IMG/VR virus record: IMGVR_UViG_3300037882_002350
Coordinates: 18,999 to 82,998 of that record
Source of the DNA: a virus
Lineage: Duplodnaviria > Heunggongvirae > Uroviricota > Caudoviricetes
DNA length: 64,000 bases
Reading direction: 5' to 3' (one strand)
The first letter of the stretch is position 1, and every line of letters starts with the position of its first letter. Positions 40,868 to 49,756 of this stretch are shown here, in pieces. Under the pieces are notes generated by a model. That model did no database searches. It was not told where the DNA came from and saw only the letters and a list, made by a program, of their open reading frames with translations. A program made the translations under genes and the position numbers.

Positions 40868-41248
40868 ATGGAAAACGAAATTTTAGCATTTTTAAACAGA
40901 CGTGAAAATCTGCGAGCTGATTTAGTCCTTTGTTTGACAGACACCTCCATCCCACTAGATACCCGATGGAGTGCTTTTTTATCTTCTGAAGATATTTTGC
41001 CTATATGGCCTTGGATAGATAGACCTATGGATATTTATTCCGATTGCCTTTATGACGATTTTTGTATCGAAAGGCATCAAACCGCAACTTATGCTGAAAT
41101 AGACGAACAAGTTTGTCAAAATTCAACTACGGAAGGTGAGGAGCCAGGATATCAGGCTGAATTTTGGGATGCTTGCTATGCTAAGCGTGACCTATGGCGA
41201 GAGGCAGTTCTGGCAAGTGGTTATAGTGGTTTTGTTTACGATTGGTAA
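40868..41248 (+). CDS. hypothetical early protein
   Basis: 126-aa ORF with RBS aaaggagacaatATG downstream of a consensus early promoter. Confidence 0.35.
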   Translation: MENEILAFLNRRENLRADLVLCLTDTSIPLDTRWSAFLSSEDILPIWPWIDRPMDIYSDCLYDDFCIERHQTATYAEIDEQVCQNSTTEGEEPGYQAEFWDACYAKRDLWREAVLASGYSGFVYDW

Positions 41249-41453
41249 ACTTAATTATTGACTTTGACGCTCAATGTGTCTATATTGAGAAAATGGAAAG
41301 CGCGAAGAACTATCGAGATGGCGCTTTAACGGGCAATTCATTGAGTTGTCGCAGTTGGTAGGCAGTTCTAGGATATTGGAGGGCGGCTAGGCTTGGCAGT
41401 CGTTAAATGAAAGGTGTAACTGGCTTTCACCCTACCATATCTTAAAAAAGTTC

Positions 41454-41482
41454 TTGACTTTCAAGGCTTTTAATAGTATAAT
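41454..41482 (+). promoter_or_regulatory. consensus early sigma70-type promoter
   Basis: AGTTCTTGACTT (TTGACT 41454-59), 17 nt spacer, TATAAT (41477-82), then GAG. Confidence 0.55.
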
Positions 41483-42183
41483 GAGTTTTCAAGATATGGG
41501 AAGGGCTGCAATCCTTCTTATTAGTTATGAAGCATCAATGGTCGATGTACCCCTCTTAAAGGGTGTGTTCTCTGCGGAGAATGTGGTTCGATTCCACCTT
41601 AACGAACTAAGCTGTGCCGAGCGGGCATTCCTCGAAAGAGAGAATACGGGTTGGATTCCCTAGGCTTAGAAGTCTGAAATGCACAGCGGGCTTTGAACCC
41701 GAAAGACAGAGATTGGTAGCCTCTGACGCATAGCGTAGGTGTAAACATACTACCCAATTTGACTAGTGCAACGAACTTTAAGGCACGATAAATATGGAGA
41801 AGTTATAAAAAGTATGACGCTAGAAGCGCGTATAAAAACAGTTGTTGACTGGCCATACTATACTTGAGGTTCAATGCGATGGCGTCGGTTGAATAATAGC
41901 TACCCCATTATTAGTAATGAAAATAACTAGCTTTCCTCTTGCAAATAGAAAGACGTTTCTATTGGAGCATAAAGGGTTGTGGCATCGCACAACATTCTTC
42001 CTAGCGGATGGTAGGGGCTAGGGAGCCGGATTTTATTGAGGTTAAAACCTCTACGAAACGGGCCTGTGAGTGTAATGATACCGGTCGCCAGACCAACCCG
42101 TGTATGTCGGGAGTCCTAAGTCTCACAGATAGGGATAACACATGCACTTAAGGCGGCGAGGTGAGAATCTTGCCGCCTTTTTA
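41483..42183 (+). ncRNA. about 700-nt promoter-to-terminator structured non-coding RNA candidate
   Basis: No ORF with RBS between promoter 41454 and terminator GGCGGC...GCCGCC-TTTTT (42150-42183). It contains tRNA T-arm-like hairpins (GTGGTTCGATTCCAC; GGGTTGGATTCCC; CGGGCTTTGAACCCG) and many short helices. Confidence 0.4.
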
Positions 42184-43415
42184 GTAACTGTTAATAAAGC
42201 TATTGACACATAGCTTAAAAAGTACTATTATTCAGGAATAAATGATGAAATCAATTCTATGTCTGCTAGGTAAACATAAACTCGTTAATAATAGAATTTA
42301 TTGTGGCGGAGATACATGGAAAACTGTAAACCAATGCACTAGATGTGGTTTTATCGAAAGAGAAAATACTTTTAATTTGACACCTATAAAACGGAGTAGG
42401 AATGGAACCCCTTGATTTAAAAAAGCTTCTTTGGATGAACAAAGATACTAAAGATAGCGTGGTTATCCTGTCTATTAAAGATGATAAAGTAGAACTTAGT
42501 GATTGGAGGTCTGATTCTACTTTTGTTATAACAACAAAAGATTTTTCTAAAAAATACGAAGCAACTTATCAGGTGGAGTTTTAATGGATTACTTACTATT
42601 AAGAAAAGAGATTAAAAGGTTTAACGGATCTAACGATAGTGACGACGACGTATTGGATGCTTTTGTAAACTTAACCTGTGACACAAAACATTATTCTGAC
42701 AAAGATCTAAAAGCGGTTATTAAAGAATATAGATTATTTGAATCAAATAATCCGGAATTTGTTGCTATGGGGGACTTATGGCCTTAAATAGAAGCATAGA
42801 TAGAGATTATGATATTCCAGAACACCTTAAGGGAATCGAAGACGCCCTAAAAGAAATCCAGTTCCATCTGGATGGACTAGAAGGTGTTGGTTACGATCCT
42901 GTAAACGAACTTAGAAAGATAAATGAGTTTTGTGTGAAGATAACAACAAGTTATTACTAAGTCACTTAGTTGTGACTTTTGGCTTCTCTAAACGAAATGC
43001 AGAGATAGCCATACAGATGCTCCAAAATGGTCAGCTTGACATTATGGAAGAGAAGGTGATTGAAAAATTAAAGCTGGCACCCAATGATATGCAACAACCT
43101 AAGGTTGAGTACTATATTCCAACATGTAGTACAGGTATTGGGATTTTGGAGCATCTTAATTATAAAATCACACAAAATGGTGGAGACGCAGTTATAAAGG
43201 CTAATAAAAGGAGAGTATAGTGTTATTTGTAAAGGGTTTAACGCTAGTTCTAGGAGTACTCATAACCTTATTTATGGTTATAACAGTTGTATATTATGGA
43301 GCTAGATGGGTATACTCCAATTTTCTATCAGATGAAAAAGAATTGGTAGAACAAGAAGAACGACTAGAAAAATTAATTAAAGAATACACCGAAATAATGG
43401 AAGAAGGAAAAGTAA

Positions 43416-44222
43416 ATGCGAATTAAGAATTTGTTGATTATTGCTGCGGCATCTCTGTCTCTGATGGCCTGTAGCCAAATTGATGACAACCAGATTGGAC
43501 TAAAACGTACATACGGTGAGCTAGAGAATGAACCTGTAAAAGGTTTAGTTTGGTATAACCCTTGGTCCACTGATATTATTACTTTTGATAATAAACAACA
43601 AAAGGTTAAACAGGAAGTTTCTATTCCAACCTTTGACCAGCAGCGAGCATCAATTGTATCAACTTCGACAGTTCAGTTGAATAAGAAGTTTGCGTCTAAG
43701 ATGTATCGTGATGTTGGTGAGAATTGGGTAGGTGCAATTGTACCACAGCTAGTAAAGTCTACACAACTTGAGGTTGTTGGCAAATATACAGCCACCGATG
43801 TTATTCAAAAACAGGAAACCGTAGCTAATGAAATCCGTACTCGTCTAGCCGAAAAACTTGCGAAACGCGGTATTACATTAACAGACTACCAGTTGACAGA
43901 AGTTAAATTCTCCGAAGAGTATATGGCAGCAGTAGAATCAAAAGCTACAGCAGTACAAAATGCTGAAGCTGAGAAGAATAAAACAGCTGCTATTCAAGAA
44001 CAGGGCCGTCAACAGGTAATTACAGCGAACGCAGAAGCTGATTCTATGCGAGTTCGTGCTAATGCGCTACAGGCCAATCCTAATCTGATTGAATACGAGC
44101 GACTAAAAGTTGAACGAGAAGCTATTGAGGCTTGGAAGCAAGGTGGAGCTCAAGTACCTACAACTGTTTTTGGTGGTAATGGTGCAGGTATTCCTTTTGT
44201 GAATGTCCCTATGGGTAAGTAA
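43416..44222 (+). CDS. SPFH/band-7 (prohibitin/HflC-like) domain lipoprotein
   Basis: Lipobox LSLMAC. The central region with the Ala/Glu/Gln-rich helix (AVESKATAVQNAEAEKNKTAAIQEQGRQQVITANAEADSMRVRANAL) is typical of SPFH proteins. Confidence 0.4.
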   Translation: MRIKNLLIIAAASLSLMACSQIDDNQIGLKRTYGELENEPVKGLVWYNPWSTDIITFDNKQQKVKQEVSIPTFDQQRASIVSTSTVQLNKKFASKMYRDVGENWVGAIVPQLVKSTQLEVVGKYTATDVIQKQETVANEIRTRLAEKLAKRGITLTDYQLTEVKFSEEYMAAVESKATAVQNAEAEKNKTAAIQEQGRQQVITANAEADSMRVRANALQANPNLIEYERLKVEREAIEAWKQGGAQVPTTVFGGNGAGIPFVNVPMGK

Positions 44223-44230
44223 TAATAAAA

Positions 44231-44260
44231 GGGCCGCTAATTTCAGCGGCCCTTTTTATT
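44231..44260 (+). terminator. intrinsic terminator
   Basis: GGGCCGCTAATTTCAGCGGCCC followed by TTTTTATTT. Confidence 0.55.
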
Positions 44261-44393
44261 TGTCTTGATTCAATTTGTAAAATTTATTATAACATCTTTA
44301 TTAGAAGAGTTCGGCAGATATAAAGTAAGTCCAAACACTTAAAGCAGGTAGTAACTGAACGAAAGTCACTTACAAAACAAACCAGCTAGAAAC

Positions 44394-44427
44394 GAAAAAG
44401 CCTGCTGATTAATCAGCAGGCTTTTTT
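44394..44427. terminator. bidirectional intrinsic terminator
   Basis: AAAAAGCCTGCTGAT-TAATCAGCAGGCTTTTTT. It lies at the 3' end of the leftward dut-S21-hydrolase operon and of a short rightward transcript. Confidence 0.55.
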
Positions 44428-44428
44428 A

Positions 44429-44836
44429 TTATCGGTAAAAAAGATGATTACCGATACGAACTGTAAGTTTTAATTTCCATCTAGGATTCACACTTTTACT
44501 ATGAAAGTACATGGCTCCATACGTAGGGTCACTACCCGGATTTTTAGCAATTTTAAGCGCTTTATTCCAGTCCGCGCCGGAGTAGGTAACTCTTCTGCTA
44601 TACAAAAATTGGCCTCGTTGATTAACAACTTGGCACGGGGTTAACTTTCTAGTTTTAGCTCTGTTTAGTATAACATGAGCCACCGCCCTTTTACCTAAAT
44701 CAGACTCTCCTCTAGCTTCGCCATAAATGGCTTGTGCTACACAAGTTACTTGTTGGGGTGGTAAATCAATAAACATAATATTCGGCCTATAGCCTTTGGT
44801 TCTCCTTTTAAATAAAATAAAAAGGGGGCTTGTCAC
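44429..44836 (-). CDS. cell-wall hydrolase (SleB/Hydrolase_2 family)
   Basis: AQAIYGEARGESDLGKRAVAHVILNRAK matches the conserved SleB-type hydrolase block. GTG start. Confidence 0.5.
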   Translation of the reverse strand: MTSPLFILFKRRTKGYRPNIMFIDLPPQQVTCVAQAIYGEARGESDLGKRAVAHVILNRAKTRKLTPCQVVNQRGQFLYSRRVTYSGADWNKALKIAKNPGSDPTYGAMYFHSKSVNPRWKLKLTVRIGNHLFYR

Positions 44837-44846
44837 CCCCTTTTTA

Positions 44847-45047
44847 CTAATTTCTTTGATCTTGTTGATCTCTATCAGCCCTTCGCTGCCTTGCGATTGC
44901 TGATCTTTTCAAACGTCTTTTACGATCACTAGGTTTTTCAAAAAATCTCTTCTCCTGTAATTCTTTAAAGACATTCTCTTCGGCAAGCTTACGTTTTAGA
45001 GTCCTAATTGCTCGGTCTAAGTTTCCGTTTCTTACTTCAATTTTCAT
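44847..45047 (-). CDS. rpsU: ribosomal protein bS21 homologue
   Basis: IEVRNGNLDRAIRTLKRKLAEENVFKELQEKRFFEKPSDRKRRLKRSAIARQ aligns along its length with bacterial S21 ([52 protein letters not shown]). Confidence 0.6.
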   Translation of the reverse strand: MKIEVRNGNLDRAIRTLKRKLAEENVFKELQEKRFFEKPSDRKRRLKRSAIARQRRADRDQQDQRN

Positions 45048-45053
45048 TATTTA

Positions 45054-45488
45054 TTACTTTCTTCCTGTTGAACCAAATCCGCCGGTTCCGCGGTTTGTAG
45101 AGTCCAATTCACTTACTTCTACAATTTCAGCTTTAGCGACTGGGCATAACACTAATTGCGCTATCCTATCACCATACTCTACGTGAAAATCTTCTTTTCC
45201 AAGATTTTGTAGAATTACACCAATCTCTCCACGATAGTCACTGTCTATCGTTCCAGGAGAGTTAGTAATGGTAATTCCATGTTTAAGAGCCAAACCGGAC
45301 CGCGGTCTAACTTGGATTTCAAAACCTTGAGGAATTGCAACTGCAAAACCTGTTTTTACCAATTTAATCTCGCCTGCTGGAATTAATAAAGTATCAGCTG
45401 ACCTTATATCCATACCTGCGGCTTCTTCAGAAGCATAACTAGGTAGAGGGAGGTCTAATCCATTAGATAATCGTTTAAATTGAATCAT
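45054..45488 (-). CDS. dut: dUTP diphosphatase
   Basis: Classic dUTPase motifs: [37 protein letters not shown]. Confidence 0.8.
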   Translation of the reverse strand: MIQFKRLSNGLDLPLPSYASEEAAGMDIRSADTLLIPAGEIKLVKTGFAVAIPQGFEIQVRPRSGLALKHGITITNSPGTIDSDYRGEIGVILQNLGKEDFHVEYGDRIAQLVLCPVAKAEIVEVSELDSTNRGTGGFGSTGRK

Positions 45489-45721
45489 GCTTGCTTACGC
45501 TCTCCATTCTCTTCTTTTGCTAATAATTCAAGATATGTCATGAAATCGGCGCATCTAATCTGAAAGCCAATATCATTTTGCACATCTATACCTTGGTCTT
45601 CTGCCCAATCAATCACACTAGATATTAGGTTTTTAATATCTATAACCTTATTAATAGGCTTTTTGATTTCGGGGCGAAGCAAAGGAACTACGTTAGTACT
45701 CATATTTATCCAAAACTCCAT
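45485..45721 (-). CDS. hypothetical protein
   Basis: 78-aa ORF coupled upstream of dut. Confidence 0.3.
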   Translation of the reverse strand: MEFWINMSTNVVPLLRPEIKKPINKVIDIKNLISSVIDWAEDQGIDVQNDIGFQIRCADFMTYLELLAKEENGERKQA

Positions 45722-45873
45722 TTTCTTTGTCTAAGATAGTTAACTTGAGAATAAATACTAGACTCACTTCTATCTGGTAGCAACGAAAGCAGTTCTGACA
45801 TAGGGACTTTTTTGTAGAATTTTTTCAAAGTATATCTTTCTTCCCTAGTCCAAGGAACTTTCTTTCGTTGCAT
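45706..45873 (-). CDS. small SANT/HTH-like protein (short form of ORF 45706..46155)
   Basis: C-terminal [44 protein letters not shown] resembles the HTH N-termini of 19116 and 47009. The upstream part of the listed ORF overlaps a rightward promoter and is probably not coding. Confidence 0.3.
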   Translation of the reverse strand: MQRKKVPWTREERYTLKKFYKKVPMSELLSLLPDRSESSIYSQVNYLRQRKWSFG

Positions 45874-46177
45874 TTGATGAATATACAATAATTGAGCATG
45901 GAAGTCAACACTTATTTTATACGGTCTTGGAGAACCATCAGTATAGCAAGGTTGAAAATAGGGCTTGACTTTACTGCTCACTCTAGCTATAATGAGTTCA
46001 TTACAGAGCAAGGAATAGACATGAAGCCCGAAGATTTTAGAAAATTTATGATAGATAGTGTAAGAGCTTTTGATAAATGGGCTTGGGTGGATATGCAGCA
46101 GAATCCAGAAGATTGGAATACAATGACTAAAGAAGATTTGTTTCAGATGTTTCATGATTTTATAAAGGACGATTTGA

Positions 46178-46585
46178 ATGACTGATTATAGAAGTAAAGC
46201 AGAATTGTTTGTAACGGAATTTCTTGATTATATCAATAAACACGACATTTTGGACCATTTTGATAAAAAGACCCAAAAAATGATTCGCTCTGCGGGAGTA
46301 GAGGCTTTGATTCGTCAAGCTAGCGATGTTTTTCCACCACGAGTTGCTATTGGTAAAGCTGAAACAGATAAACTAACTTCTGAACAAGTTTCTAATTCTA
46401 TAGAAGAATCAGAAAATGTTCTAGACCGTCGTGATGCATTCTCTCGTAAGATTCAAACTAATGGGGGAGCAAAGGGTCTGCTTGAGCGCATCCTAGAAGG
46501 TGACGTTACTGCTATACCTCTGGCGCGCGAACTTATTGATGCGGATAACGGAGATAAGGAGTTTTATGTATCGCCTAAAGTATGA
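46178..46585 (+). CDS. hypothetical early protein
   Basis: 135-aa ORF after promoter 45963-45991 (TTGACT..TATAAT). Confidence 0.35.
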   Translation: MTDYRSKAELFVTEFLDYINKHDILDHFDKKTQKMIRSAGVEALIRQASDVFPPRVAIGKAETDKLTSEQVSNSIEESENVLDRRDAFSRKIQTNGGAKGLLERILEGDVTAIPLARELIDADNGDKEFYVSPKV

Positions 46586-46756
46586 TAGGATGGGGCACAA
46601 GAAAGGAACCTTAGTTTATATTCTAACAGGAACAGACTATGGCTCCTCAAGCATGGATTCCTTCATAACTCAAATACAACATATTTCTGTAACTACAAAT
46701 GAAGAAGGCGATTATCCTTTCTTTACTGTGCCATTACATGATTTAGAGGAAGTCTA

Positions 46757-47020
46757 ATGAGAGACAACGGAATTAACTTTGCTAATATTAATAAGGAACA
46801 ATCAGTGAATAAAAAATGCAAAAGACTTGGTAATACTGCAACCAAAAAAGAATTAGCGGAAGCACATCGCATTAAGATGGAAATGAAAATCTTAATGAAT
46901 GAACATAACCGAAAACAGCTGATAGATAATCCCGAATGGATTTATGCTAATATTAGTAAACATCACGAACACTACGGTGACACACCTAAAGAGCATGAGA
47001 AACGAAAACTAAAAATCTAA
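46757..47020 (+). CDS. hypothetical early protein
   Basis: 87-aa ORF. Confidence 0.3.
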   Translation: MRDNGINFANINKEQSVNKKCKRLGNTATKKELAEAHRIKMEMKILMNEHNRKQLIDNPEWIYANISKHHEHYGDTPKEHEKRKLKI

Positions 47021-47644
47021 TTCTAATACATCTTTGGTAAAAAGTTCCGTATTACCATCAGACTTAAGAAGTTTATCTGTAGATTTATATTCCTTAAATT
47101 TATTTAATATAAATTGCTCTCTTAACTTAGCCTCAAATCCGGTTTCAAAAGGTCTCTCCAAAAGAGTAATTATAGTAACATTTGATTTATCTTTTTTAAA
47201 TCTATAATCTACAGTATTATTGGTAATTCCTATTTTAAATCTAATTATATCATCTTTAATTATTTTAATGTAGTATAAAATACTTGGTAAATCGGGATTA
47301 AAGCCAGACCAATTACTAGAACAGATAGGGCAGCGAGTACCTGCCAATATATTAGCAGGTCTTGCTTTCCAAGTGTGCCCATCATTACATTTGTGCTCTA
47401 TAGGAAATGTTGAGCCTTTATAATCTTCTAAGACTTCGTAGCATATACGCTTATTTCGAAGTTTTCTGATATAAGAGTCTATAGAGTCCTTAGTATCTTT
47501 ACCTTTAATATTAAGTCTACAAGCTTTTTGAGCAACCCCACTTTCTGTACGTCCTAAAATTTCAGCACACTGATAGGCTCCTAAATTACTATAGTTTTCA
47601 GTTAAAAAGTTAATGTCCTCCTCGGACCATGATTTACCACCCAT
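47009..47644 (-). CDS. HTH plus zinc-finger plus T5orf172 (GIY-YIG-related) domain endonuclease-like protein
   Basis: N-terminus WSEEDINFLTENYSNLGAYQCAEILGRTESGVAQKACRL (HTH). C..H..C..CPIC zinc finger. ILYYIKIIKDDIIRFKIGIT matches the T5orf172-type core. It has its own leftward TTGACT-N17-TATACT promoter. Confidence 0.4.
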   Translation of the reverse strand: MGGKSWSEEDINFLTENYSNLGAYQCAEILGRTESGVAQKACRLNIKGKDTKDSIDSYIRKLRNKRICYEVLEDYKGSTFPIEHKCNDGHTWKARPANILAGTRCPICSSNWSGFNPDLPSILYYIKIIKDDIIRFKIGITNNTVDYRFKKDKSNVTIITLLERPFETGFEAKLREQFILNKFKEYKSTDKLLKSDGNTELFTKDVLELDF

Positions 47645-47705
47645 TTAATAAGTATAAAATAATTATAAGATAAAGTCAAGAACTATTTTTTCAGGGTGTG
47701 TAAAA

Positions 47706-47735
47706 TAACTCTTGACATTTAGTTAAAAGTATCGT
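47706..47735 (+). promoter_or_regulatory. sigma70-type promoter of the tmRNA-like gene
   Basis: TTGACA, 17 nt spacer, TAGTAT. Confidence 0.45.
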
Positions 47736-47741
47736 AGTATG

Positions 47742-48300
47742 CAAACATAGTTGTTGATAAAGGACAATAAAAGTGAACAGGACGCGGAGGGCAGCACTCC
47801 GCCGCCTCCACCATTAAATCTACCTAGGTATTTAAGGGACCGAAAGCGTAGAGCCAGCAGCCTTAACTGCAAACAACACGCCAACCTCATAAGTTGGAAT
47901 CGGGGCTTGGCTTCCCCCACTTGTCGGGTGACAGGTTAGTGTAAGGCGTTGGTAGATTTATTGATGGGGGCGAAATAGGATCGACTGGCGCAGAATAGGA
48001 AATTAGTAGACTATTGACTAGCAAAGTGCTAAAATCGTTAAATGCAAATGACAACGAAAACACTGTGGAGTATGCGCTAGCCGCATAATTTAACGGGGAT
48101 TGGCCCACCTGGCAACATAACGGGCTAACATCTTTAAGAACCGGGATGCAACAGCTATAAGTAAGTATATGAAAACCTTGAGAAAGGCATTTCAATATGA
48201 CTAGTAATATACTGAACGAAAAGTGGTGCTGAAATTAATAAAGTAGCTAATTATTAAGGGGTTCGACTCCCTGCATAACGGCTCTTAAAGATGTAGTTTT
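47742..48300 (+). ncRNA. ssrA: circularly permuted (two-piece) tmRNA-like gene: acceptor piece then coding piece with tag ORF
   Basis: Acceptor piece at 47780-47813 is GGACGCGGAG-ggcagca-CTCCGC-CGCCTCC-A-CCA; compare the E. coli tmRNA 3' end GGACGCGGGTTCAACTCCCGCCAGCTCCACCA. At 47966-47986, GGGGGCGAAATAGGATCGAC is complementary to CGCCTCC; compare the E. coli 5' end GGGGCTGATTCTGGATTCGAC. Tag reading frame 48044-48088: GCA AAT GAC AAC GAA AAC ACT GTG GAG TAT GCG CTA GCC GCA TAA = ANDNENTVEYALAA*. Confidence 0.65.
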
Positions 48301-48358
48301 ATTTTAACCTGTATAGGTATAGTTAGGTTATGTTTAAAAACATTTCCTCGGAGAAATC

Positions 48359-48907
48359 ATGTTTGAAGCTTTTAAAGCGTTATCAATAGGAACCAAGTTA
48401 GGTATAGCTTTTGGTTTTATCGTATTATTGTTAAGTATAGTAGGCTCTACGGCCTATGTTTCCTATAATAAAGGTTTAAATGTTTCTAAATTAGAAATAC
48501 AGAGTTATAAAGCAGATGTAGCTAATCTAAACTCAAGATTAAAAACCGCACAAGGAAAAGTTGATGTCAAAGTTATTACGGAATATAAAGATCGTATTAA
48601 CTATGTAGATAGAGTGACTTATAAAACAAAGACTGTAGTTGAAACTATAATTAAAGACAATATGGTTCCTCAATTCAATCTGTCTAAAGGTTGGATATAT
48701 GTGTATAATCAATCCGCTCTAGGGCTTGAGGTTGACCCTGTTCTTGCAGCAGATTCAACACCATCAACAGTAACAGAAATGCAAGCCTTAGCAGACACAA
48801 TTGTGCCAAATAACGGAAGATACCTTTCCGTTAAGGCCCAACTTGAAGCACTTCAAAGTTGGGTAACGAATACGGAGAAATCACATGAAAAAGTTATTAA
48901 TAATTAG
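48359..48907 (+). CDS. i-spanin-like protein (N-terminal TM anchor plus periplasmic coiled coil)
   Basis: 182 aa. TM helix IAFGFIVLLLSIVGSTAYV followed by a coiled-coil-like region. The next gene is a small lipoprotein that overlaps its 3' end. Confidence 0.35.
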   Translation: MFEAFKALSIGTKLGIAFGFIVLLLSIVGSTAYVSYNKGLNVSKLEIQSYKADVANLNSRLKTAQGKVDVKVITEYKDRINYVDRVTYKTKTVVETIIKDNMVPQFNLSKGWIYVYNQSALGLEVDPVLAADSTPSTVTEMQALADTIVPNNGRYLSVKAQLEALQSWVTNTEKSHEKVINN

Positions 48908-49056
48908 TCTTTTAGCTTTGGCCGCTTGTTCTTCACCTAAAATAGGCGAGCCTACAATAGAATTACCTAAAGCGCCAGCAGCTTTAATGATACCACCGCA
49001 AAATCTAGAACCTATCAAGGAAGAAAAAGTTGAAAACAATAACAAAGACGATTGAA
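48884..49056 (+). CDS. o-spanin-like small lipoprotein
   Basis: 57 aa. MKKLLIISLLALAACSS (lipobox LAAC), Pro-rich. Its start is embedded in the end of the preceding gene. Confidence 0.35.
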
Positions 49057-49219
49057 GTCGTAGATAAATTTATTATAGAAGGTAGGATATGCAGCGTAAT
49101 TACTAATTTTGATTACTACGGAAATCCTAAAGGTACTGTGTCTATTAGAGATACTGAAACAGGAGAATCTTCAGAGATATCTGTTAATGTAGATTTTTTA
49201 AACAAATTAAATACATTAA

Positions 49220-49696
49220 ATGATAGATTTGCTAAAGTACAAATGGAGATTAAAATCCTTGACAATTGAGAAAACACTAGCCGAACGTGGAGCACGGTAT
49301 GGCAAATTTGCAGATCATGCTATTATATCCCAAGGCATCCAAGATGTAATGAGGTCAGCCCCTCGATGGAATGATCTAGACCAAGATATGAAACAAGCTC
49401 TAAGTACTATAGCGGATAAAATCGCTAGAATACTTAATGGAGATCCTTATTACGTAGACAACTGGCATGATATTATAGGTTATGCTAAACTTATTGAAGA
49501 CAGAATCAATATGCTACCTAGTAATGAAGAGCCTCAAGGACTATATGATTCTCCTAGCTCAGAAGATATTACATACAGAGCAGATGAAGAATCCACTCTT
49601 ACGGGGACTAAAATCATGTCTATACTTATGGATGGTAAAGGCTTGCCAACTAAGGAAGATATTTTAACTGGTTTTGCCAGACGTAATCAACATTAG
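49220..49696 (+). CDS. hypothetical protein
   Basis: 158-aa ORF. Confidence 0.3.
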   Translation: MIDLLKYKWRLKSLTIEKTLAERGARYGKFADHAIISQGIQDVMRSAPRWNDLDQDMKQALSTIADKIARILNGDPYYVDNWHDIIGYAKLIEDRINMLPSNEEPQGLYDSPSSEDITYRADEESTLTGTKIMSILMDGKGLPTKEDILTGFARRNQH

Positions 49697-49698
49697 TT

Positions 49699-49728
49699 CT
49701 TGACAGAACACTTAAAATTTAATATAAT
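49699..49728 (+). promoter_or_regulatory. consensus early promoter
   Basis: TTGACA (49699-704) and TATAAT (49723-28), then GAG. Confidence 0.5.
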
Positions 49729-49756
49729 GAGTCATTAAAGAAAGGGAGTCTTTCAA

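Noticed and set aside
45874-46155. N-terminal two-thirds of minus ORF 45706..46155
   Set aside because: It overlaps a consensus rightward promoter (45963-45991) and the start of a rightward gene. The hydrophobic, His-rich translation looks like non-coding sequence. Only the C-terminal HTH-like part, from the Met at 45873, is retained.
47966-48300. Reading the tmRNA-like locus as a standard one-piece tmRNA
   Set aside because: The downstream T-arm-like hairpin (GGGGTTCGACTCCC at about 48258) is not followed by a strand complementary to GGGGGCG or by CCA. The only matching acceptor 3' strand plus CCA lies upstream at 47803-47813. A permuted arrangement is therefore required.
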